DNA of 64,000 bases, taken from the NCBI GenBank assembly GCA_963834645.1, contig CAWICP010000019.1, forward strand, positions 110,544 to 174,543. Direction: 5' to 3'. The notes beneath the pieces are model-generated. The model saw nothing but the letters and a program-made list of their open reading frames with translations. It did no database searches and was not told where the DNA came from. The DNA is from an uncultured Acidobacteriota bacterium (GTDB taxonomy: Bacteria > Acidobacteriota > Vicinamibacteria > Vicinamibacterales > JAKQTR01). This document shows, piece after piece, positions 57,513 to 64,000 of this stretch. Positions within the stretch are counted from its first letter, which is position 1. Every line of letters begins with the position of its first letter. The translations under genes were made by a program, and so were the position numbers.

Positions 57513-60275
57513 ATGAGACGACTAACAGTGTTCGTGGCGCTGCTCCTCCTCGTTGGAGGCGCGGCCGCCAATGCCCAGTCTCTGACGGGCACCGTCGCCG
57601 GCAAGGTCACTGACGAGCAGGGCGGCGTGCTGCCCGGCGTGACCGTGACGCTGACCGGGCGGACCGGCGCGCAGGTGACGGTCACCGACGAGAAGGGTGA
57701 GTATCGCTTCGTCGGCCTCAATCCAGGGCCGTACGAGGTGAAGGTGGAACTGGCCGGCTTCACGCCGCGCACGGAGCGCAATCTCGACGTCGGCATCGGC
57801 CGGACGCTGACTGTGCCGTTCACGCTGAGGGTCGGCGGCGTTGCCGAGACGGTCGAGGTCGTGGCGAACGCCTCGACGATCGACACCGCGTCGACAGCGT
57901 CCGAGAACTCGCTCTCGCAGGAGTTGCTGTCGAACATTCCCATCAACATGGGCAACTTCAACGCCGCCGCCAACCTGATGAACTACGCGCCGGGCATCAA
58001 CGGGACTCGGCGTTCGGTGGCGACGCCGACTACGGCAACGCGCTGCTCATCGACGGCGTGGACACGCGCGATCCCGAGGCGGGGTCGGCGTGGGTGTTCT
58101 ACAACTTCAACATCATCGAGGAAGTCCAGGTCGGCGGCGTGGGCGCGCCGGCCGAGTACGGCGGGTTCAGCGGGCGCCGTCGTGAACACGATCACGAAGT
58201 CGGGCGGCAACCGCTACTCCGGCCTCTTCGACTTCCGGCACACGAACGACAGCCTGGCCGGCGACAACATCAAGGAGGAGTACCTGGCATCTGAACCCGG
58301 CGCTCGGCTCTCCGAACGTCATCACGAAGTTGAACGACTTCACCGTCCAGATGGGCGGGCCGTTCAGCAAGGACAAGGCGTTCTGGTGGTTCAGCGTGCA
58401 GCGCTACGCCTTCGATCAGGATCCCGCCGGTCCTAGCAAGCTCCGCACCGAGGTCAGCCCTCGCTACAACGGCAAGATCACGTGGAACATCACGCCGAGC
58501 GATCAGTTCACCGGGTCGTTCCAGTACGACAATTACAACGTGACCGGCCGCTTCGGGCTCGTCTCGCAGAGCGCCGCGGACGAAACGCAGACGCTCAACC
58601 AGGACTCGCCGGAAGCCGTCTGGAACTTCCAGTACCGGAAGCTGTTCGGTTCGAACGCGTTCCTGGAGGCGAAGTACACCGGCTACTGGGGCTACTACTA
58701 TCTCGATCCCGGTCAGGTCCGACTCCTACAGGTACGACGGTGAGACCGGCGCGGAATCCGGCGGCGCGGGCTATTTCTACTACTGCCGATCGCGACCGGA
58801 ACCAGGTGAACGTCTCGTTCTCGACGTTCGCGAGCGCCTTCGGGCAGCACAGCTTCAAGTTCGGGATGGAGATCGAGCGCAGCGGCGTGCGCAGCCAGTT
58901 CGGCTACACGAACGGCGTGTATTTCTACGACTACGGCGGCCCGTACCTGGCGTACGGGTACTCCTACGACGTCCGCGGGAACGAACAAGCGCGAGTCGTA
59001 CTACGCGCAGGACCAGTGGAGGATCGGCCGGCTGACGGCCAACCTCGGCCTCCGGCTGGATCACATCGCCGGCTACAGCCCCGAGATGAACAAGACCGTC
59101 TACGCGCCCGACCTCGCCTGGGGCCCGCGCCTCGGCGCGACCTTCGATCTCACGGGGAGCTGGCACCAGCGTGCTCCGCGGCTCGTGGGGACGGTACTTC
59201 GAGGGGCCGGCGTTCAACCCCTACAACCAGGCCGTCGGCGGCTGGACGCCGTTCCAGTCGTTACGAGGTGCTCTCAAACGGGTCGCTCGAACTGTTCGAC
59301 GAGACGATGATCGGCGGGAACTGGACCGTCGATTCGAACATCAAGCACTTCAGCCTCGACGAGGCCACCGTCGGGTTCGAACAGCAGTTGAGGCGGGACC
59401 TCCGGTTTGCCGTGACGGGAATCTGGAGGACGTGGGACAACTTCGTGGGGGCGGTCATCAGAGGCTCCACGTGGACGCCGTTCACGAGAAACCTCCCGGA
59501 TCCGAGCAACCCCGACCGCGACGAAGCCGTACACGCTGTATCGGTGGGCCAACCGGACGGACTCGCCCGACACGGTGGTCACCAACTACGCCGGCTTCCA
59601 GTACAAGGACCCGAGCGGCAACGTGCTCGGGACAACCGACCCGTCGCGTAAGTACAAGGGCGTGATGTTCGTGCTGACGAAGTCGCCTGTCGGACCGCTG
59701 GCACGGCCAGTTCTCGTACGTGTGCTCGAAGTCCGAGGGCAACGTCGGCAACGGCGGACGGTCCGGATTCGGAGGGGCCGGGTTCCGCAATCCGAACAGC
59801 GTGCTCGTGAACTCATACGGCGTCATGGAGTATGACCGCCCGCACGAGTTCAAGCTGATGGGCGGTTACACGATGCCGAAGATCGAGGTCGGGCTGAGCA
59901 CGCCTACTATCGGGCCATCAGCGGCTACACCTACACGCCCGTTGCGAACGTCAGCGGTTCGTCGAGCGTGCTGAACTGGACGGGTTCGATTGAACATCAA
60001 TCTCGAGCCCAGGGGCAGCCAGCGGATGGACATGCAGCACATCGTCGACCTCAGGATCGAGAAGGAGTTCAGGGTCGACGTTCATCGATTCGGCGTCTTC
60101 TTCGACATCGCGAATCTCTTCAACAACGACCTGATCACGGGCGTTCAGACGCGCGTGCCCGACCCGGACCATCACGGATCCCAGCACGGGCGAGGGATTC
60201 CCGGTGAAGTACAAGTCGCCGACGGCCGTGCTCGCGCCGATTCAGATGACCTTCGGCGCGCGCTGGACCTTCTAG
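57513..60275 (+). pseudogene. CarboxypepD_reg-domain TonB-dependent-receptor-like outer-membrane beta-barrel (~920 codons); at least 13 frame breaks as sequenced
   Basis: The N-terminus has a signal peptide followed by SLTGTVAGKVTDEQGGVLPGVTVTLTGRTGAQVTVTDEKGEYRFVGLNPGPYEVKVELAGF. Plug/barrel blocks are spread over all three frames. They include GNALLIDGVDTRDPEAGSAW, EYGGFSG.VVNTITKSGGNRYSG, FTVQMGGPFSKDKAFWWFS and HSFKFGMEIE. Further blocks are YAQDQWRIGRLTANLGLRLD and VLRGSWGRYFEGP, with terminal TFGARWTF, stop TAG 60273-60275. Breaks are near 58005, 58175, 58290, 58715, 58785, 58985, 59160, 59265, 59520, 59700, 59905, 59990 and 60155. Confidence 0.8.
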
Positions 60276-60316
60276 CGTAAGACGACCGTGGCGGCTCGCG
60301 CCGCCGCAGCATGACA

Positions 60317-60360
60317 ACGCCCTGGAGGCCATCACGGCCTCCAGGGCGTTCTTCTTTTCG
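60317..60360 (+). terminator. Rho-independent terminator (15-bp perfect stem + T-rich tail)
   Basis: The hairpin is aacgccctggaggcc atcac ggcctccagggcgtt followed by cttcttttc. It lies 42 nt after the receptor stop, between convergent genes. Confidence 0.75.
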
Positions 60361-60382
60361 CGTGAACTGCCGCGGCAGCAGG

Positions 60383-62725
60383 TCAGCGGGCCGCGCCTCG
60401 TGTGCGGCCCTCGAGCGCGCGGCCCAGAGCCGCCTCGCGCGCCGCCTCGGCCGGGCGACCCTGCCGGTTGCAGATGTCGGCGAGGACGTAGTGGCCCAGG
60501 GGGGCCACCTTGGGGTCCGGTGAGAGGCTGAGCCCCTTGCGCGCCAACTCGGCGGCCTCGCCCAGATTGCCGCCGCGCTCGAGATAGGCCCTGGCGAGGA
60601 AGATGTGCCCCTCCGCGAAGGCGGGGTTTCCATCGATCGACTGCTTCAGCGCGTCAATCCTGAGGTCGCGCTGGCCGGTCCGTTCGTACAAGAGCGACAG
60701 ATTGAACGCCGCCTTGTAGCTGTCGGGGTGCCGCTTCAGCTCCTCGAGATACTCGCGCTCGGCAGTCGGCAGGTCCCCGCGCTCCTCCGCGATGAGCGCC
60801 AGGTTGTACCGTGCCAGTATGACGTCTTCCTTGACGGCAATCGCCTCGCGGATGAGCTTCTCGGCCGACGCGAGATCGCCGCGCCGATACGCGATCACGC
60901 CGAGCGCGTTCGTGGCCGACGCCACCTTGGGGTCGAGCTCCAGCGCCTGCTTGAACACCTGCTCGGCCCGGTCGATGTCGCCCCGCTCCAGGAACACCTC
61001 GCCCACCTGGTAGCGCACGTAGGCGTCTCGAGGATCGAGCTGCAGGTACCGTTCGTACCCCGCCATCGCCGCCGCATCGTCGCCGAGCCGCCTGAAGGCG
61101 TGCGCCATGTTGATGACCGCGATGTCGTAGTCGGGCTTCAGCTCGAGGGTCTTCCGGAAGTGGTCGATCGACTCGCGGTACCGGCCTTCCTTGAAATAGA
61201 GATTGCCGAGCGAGAACCAGGCGTCGATGACCTTGGGATCGGCCGTGACGACCCGAGTCAGCATGCCCACGGCCTGATCGAATCCGCCTTCCTCGCGCCC
61301 GAGGTCGCGGGCGGCGCCCATCAGGTTGAACAGGTCGATCTTGTCTTTCGGATCCGCGCGGTCGCTCCTGGGGTCGTTCGCGGTGGCGACAAACGATCCG
61401 ACGTACCCCAGCGCCGCGAGCCGCTGACGCACCTCCGGGTCGACGTCCTCAACGGGCGCCGCCGTCGGGGCCTTCTCGAAGGCCGACTCGATCTCGCGCA
61501 ACCGCGCCACCATGCCGTCGCCGACGGCCCGACGCGCCTCGTAGATGTTCGTCGTCTCCCTGGGGTCGCTCTCGATGTCGAACAGTTCCGGGCGCGGGGC
61601 ATCGATGAGCTTGTAGCGGCCCGCGCGGAGCGCCCTGAGGTCGCTCCACCCGAAATGGTGCAGCGGATACATGGACTCGGCGTAGCCCTCGAGGCCCAGT
61701 TCGAGGGCGGCGCCGGTCATCAGCGGCACCAGGCTCTTGCCGGAAAGGCCCGCCGGCACGGAGACGCCGGCAAGCTCCAGCATCGTCGGCGCCAGATCGA
61801 CGATGCGAACCGGATCGGCCACCACGCGCGGGCCGGTCTTTCCGAATGGCGCGCGGACGATGAAGGGGACGTGGGTGACGCTCTCGTAGATGAAGAACCC
61901 GTGCGACTCCTCGCCGTGGTCGCCGATGCTCTCCCCGTGGTCGCCCAGCACGGCCACCACCGTCTTGTCGAGCAGGCCGCGCTCTTCCAGGAAGCTGATG
62001 ACGCGGCCGACCTGCGCGTCGGTGAAGGCGACCTCGCCCCGGTACGGGTGGCCCTTGTACTCGGATTTCTGCGGCTCGGGCGGATCGTAGGGCGTGTGCG
62101 GGTCGTACAGGTGGATCCAGGCGAAGAACCGGGAGTCCTTCACCGAGTCGATCCACGGGAGGGCCTTGTCGACGACTTCGTTGCCCGGCCGCTGGATGTC
62201 GCCGAGCGAACGCCCGCGGCGCTCCGAGATGTCGAAGTCGTCGACGTACTCGTCGAATCCCTGGTCGATGCCCCACTTCGCGTCGAGCACGAAGGCGGCG
62301 ATGAACCCGCCGGTGGCGAAGCCTTTCGCCTTGAGCATCTCGGCGAGCGTCGTCTGCTCCGGCGACAGGAAGAACCCGCCGTTGTCGCGCACGCCGTGCT
62401 CGGGAGGGAAGCGGCCCGTGAACATGCTCGAGTGCGCCGGCAAGGTGAGCGGCGCGCTCGACATCGCCTGCGCGAAGCGCGTGCCCTCGCCGGCGAGCCG
62501 ATCGATGGCGGGCGTCTTGACCAGCGTCGACCCGTAGGCGCCGATGTGGTCGGCCCGCGTCGTGTCGAGCGTGATGACGACGATGTTCAGCGCGTCGCGG
62601 CTGACGCCGGAGGGGAGGGCCCCCAGGTCGACCTGGCCCGCCATCTGGGTGCGGCCGGCCGACAGATACCACGCCGCGCCCGCCGCCGCGGCGACGACCA
62701 GCGCTCCGGCCCCGGCCAGGGCCAT
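60383..62725 (-). CDS. Sulfatase-fold (alkaline-phosphatase superfamily) domain fused to C-terminal TPR repeats; membrane-anchored
   Basis: This is an intact 780-aa ORF with an N-terminal TM helix. Sulfatase-fold blocks are NIVVITLDTTRADHIGAYG, IHLYDPHTPY and VLGDHGESIGDHGE. The nucleophile motif position reads T-L-P-A-H (62432-62446) instead of C/S-x-P-x-R. It has about 8 TPR units (e.g. AWFSLGNLYFKEGRYRESIDHFRKTLELKPD). Confidence 0.85.
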   Translation of the reverse strand: MALAGAGALVVAAAAGAAWYLSAGRTQMAGQVDLGALPSGVSRDALNIVVITLDTTRADHIGAYGSTLVKTPAIDRLAGEGTRFAQAMSSAPLTLPAHSSMFTGRFPPEHGVRDNGGFFLSPEQTTLAEMLKAKGFATGGFIAAFVLDAKWGIDQGFDEYVDDFDISERRGRSLGDIQRPGNEVVDKALPWIDSVKDSRFFAWIHLYDPHTPYDPPEPQKSEYKGHPYRGEVAFTDAQVGRVISFLEERGLLDKTVVAVLGDHGESIGDHGEESHGFFIYESVTHVPFIVRAPFGKTGPRVVADPVRIVDLAPTMLELAGVSVPAGLSGKSLVPLMTGAALELGLEGYAESMYPLHHFGWSDLRALRAGRYKLIDAPRPELFDIESDPRETTNIYEARRAVGDGMVARLREIESAFEKAPTAAPVEDVDPEVRQRLAALGYVGSFVATANDPRSDRADPKDKIDLFNLMGAARDLGREEGGFDQAVGMLTRVVTADPKVIDAWFSLGNLYFKEGRYRESIDHFRKTLELKPDYDIAVINMAHAFRRLGDDAAAMAGYERYLQLDPRDAYVRYQVGEVFLERGDIDRAEQVFKQALELDPKVASATNALGVIAYRRGDLASAEKLIREAIAVKEDVILARYNLALIAEERGDLPTAEREYLEELKRHPDSYKAAFNLSLLYERTGQRDLRIDALKQSIDGNPAFAEGHIFLARAYLERGGNLGEAAELARKGLSLSPDPKVAPLGHYVLADICNRQGRPAEAAREAALGRALEGRTRGAAR

Positions 62726-62876
62726 CCACGTCCTGCGATGCTTCGTATGTTCGTCACGATACCTCTATAGGACCGGCGTCATAACCTGCGTACGGCGGCT
62801 GATCTCGGCCGCGGAACGGGTTCTGACACCGCCTCTAAGAGTGTATCGCGCACGCTGGTCACCGCGGAAGTTTCTG

Positions 62877-63374
62877 TCAGATGATCGGCCGGCCGCCGCC
62901 GCCCTTGCGGAAGAGCATCTCGCGCCGGCCGGTCTTGAGCAGGAAGGCCTCGGCGACGCGCATGCCGTCGAACATCTTGATGATGTCGCGGTTCTGCAGC
63001 GGGCCCTGGCGCTCCAGCGTCGATTCGCGCGCGCGTTCCCGCAGGTGAGAGTCGTCGATGACGATGTACTTCGCGCAGCCGAGGCCCGAGCGGCCGCCGG
63101 TGCCGAAGAACCCGAACAGCGCGCCATCGGTTCGCATCAGCCGGACCAGCACCGCCGCCAGCGCCCGAGCGGACGGCCGGTCGAGGAAGTCGTACAGGTC
63201 CCAGACCAGCACGCCGTCCACGCTCTCCGGTTCCAGCCTGAATCGATCCGACAGAAACGCCGGAAAGGCGTCGCGTTCGCCCTGGCGGACGTGCCGCTCG
63301 AGATCGGCGAACAGATCTTCGACGACGACCTTGCAGTTCAGCCGATCGCCGAAATACGTGATGTTCGGCCCCAC
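62877..63374 (-). CDS. Possible class-I methyltransferase-like protein; N-terminus unresolved
   Basis: The listed 165-aa ORF starts at GTG 63374. The frame stays open upstream (...KFLSHLETRPAPVLLDLGCVVGPNITYFG...), giving a VLDLGCG-like motif I straddling the listed start. There is no ATG in frame up to ~63600, so the start is either non-ATG or displaced by an indel. Confidence 0.4.
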   Translation of the reverse strand: MGPNITYFGDRLNCKVVVEDLFADLERHVRQGERDAFPAFLSDRFRLEPESVDGVLVWDLYDFLDRPSARALAAVLVRLMRTDGALFGFFGTGGRSGLGCAKYIVIDDSHLRERARESTLERQGPLQNRDIIKMFDGMRVAEAFLLKTGRREMLFRKGGGGRPII

Positions 63375-63636
63375 GACGCAGCCGAGATCGAGCAGGACGG
63401 GGGCCGGCCTGGTTTCGAGGTGAGAGAGGAACTTCGGCAGCGCCTTGGAGGCGACGACAGGGCAGGGATCTCCTTCAGCGGTCGGGCCGGGATCGGGCCG
63501 CCCCTCCTCCGTCTGCCGGAGGGGCGCCAGACGTGAGAGCCAGCCGCGCAGACCTCCGCACCGATTCGCCGTCCGGCAAGCAAATCCCTCCCTCCGGCGC
63601 GCGCCGCCGGCAGGTTCGAGGCGCGGTTCCGGCGCG

Positions 63637-64000
63637 CTACGCGCCCGCTACGCGCGGGCCGCCCGGAACCGGAGCGCCTGCCGGGAGGGGCGCGAGCTTC
63701 GCGTCGGGCTTGGCGGCCTGGGCGGGCGCCGCGGCGACGGCCGGCTTCTTCTGCATGTCCACGCTGCCGCGAAGATGCGCGCCCTCCGCAATGCCGACGC
63801 GCGGCGCCGTGACGTCGCCGTCCACGGATCCGCTCTCGCGAAGCTCCACCTTCTCGCTGGCCGTGATGTTGCCGACGACTTCGCCGAGCACGATGACGAT
63901 CTTCGCGAACACCTCGGCCTTGAGCTTGCCGTGCGAGCCCACCGTCAGCACGTGCTCGCGAAGCTCGACTTTGCCTTCCACGGTCCCTTCGACCACGAGG
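63637..64000 (-). CDS. Bactofilin (DUF583) cytoskeletal protein, C-terminal part; N-terminus beyond window end
   Basis: VEGTVEGKVELREHVLTVGSHGKLKAEVFAKIVIVLGEVVGNITASEKVELRESGSVDGDVTAPRVGIAEGAHLRGSV is the repetitive beta-helix pattern of bactofilins. It is followed by a Pro/Ala-rich tail. The frame is open to position 64000. Confidence 0.8.
   Translation of the reverse strand, partial: LVVEGTVEGKVELREHVLTVGSHGKLKAEVFAKIVIVLGEVVGNITASEKVELRESGSVDGDVTAPRVGIAEGAHLRGSVDMQKKPAVAAAPAQAAKPDAKLAPLPAGAPVPGGPRVAGA

Noticed and set aside
2347-60275. Programmed ribosomal frameshifting or transcriptional slippage as the cause of the frame breaks.
   Set aside because: The breaks number in the dozens and go in both +1 and -1 directions. 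They lack slippery heptamers or downstream structures, and they hit unrelated genes including ispH and korB. Random indels fit far better.
1-64000. Search for CRISPR arrays, tRNA/rRNA genes, IS elements, integrases, toxin-antitoxin or known defence-system genes.
   Set aside because: I saw no direct-repeat/spacer periodicity. No tRNA-like T-arm (GGTTCGAATCC-type) occurs outside coding context. No transposase, integrase or nuclease-helicase signatures appear in any frame. The window appears to be housekeeping chromosome.

Overview
This is a GC-rich bacterial chromosomal segment; third codon positions are almost always G/C. The gene content (CarboxypepD_reg-type TonB-dependent receptor, sulfatase-fold/TPR fusion, three M16 peptidases) is reminiscent of Acidobacteriota-like soil bacteria, but that is a low-confidence inference. 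Reading all six frames by eye, I resolve about 54 protein-coding loci, five hairpin terminators and one strong promoter candidate. I found no rRNA, tRNA, CRISPR array, transposase, integrase or phage genes, so this looks like core chromosome rather than a mobile island.

Many long ORFs in the supplied track are antisense shadows of real genes, which is typical at high GC.

The dominant technical feature is that about half of the genes are broken by single-base frame breaks. I rejoined the fragments by following the recognisable protein sequence from frame to frame; break positions are good to about +/-15 nt. Any gene that cannot be translated as sequenced is labelled 'pseudogene', whatever the cause. 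Essential genes (ispH, korB) are hit, so assembly indels are the leading explanation. However, two zones (2.3-7.1 kb and 55.1-60.3 kb) carry roughly eight-fold more breaks than the rest.

The most interesting biology:
1. A tight operon (50.6-54.4 kb) combines a plant-type GDP-mannose 3,5-epimerase, a fusion of a HIGH-motif nucleotidyltransferase with a fucokinase-like GHMP kinase, a FucP-family permease and a mutarotase. A flavoprotein/GH29 fucosidase/MFS operon sits nearby. Together they suggest an undescribed nucleotide-sugar route for L-galactose/L-fucose.
2. A single-chain biotin carboxylase of about 1,885 codons has eukaryote-like domain order (BC-BCCP-unknown-CT).
3. That carboxylase overlaps a sugar-1-phosphate nucleotidyltransferase/galactokinase-like pair and faces an acyltransferase-ACP-adenylase tri-domain gene.

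All functional calls rest on motif recognition by eye. No database search was run.
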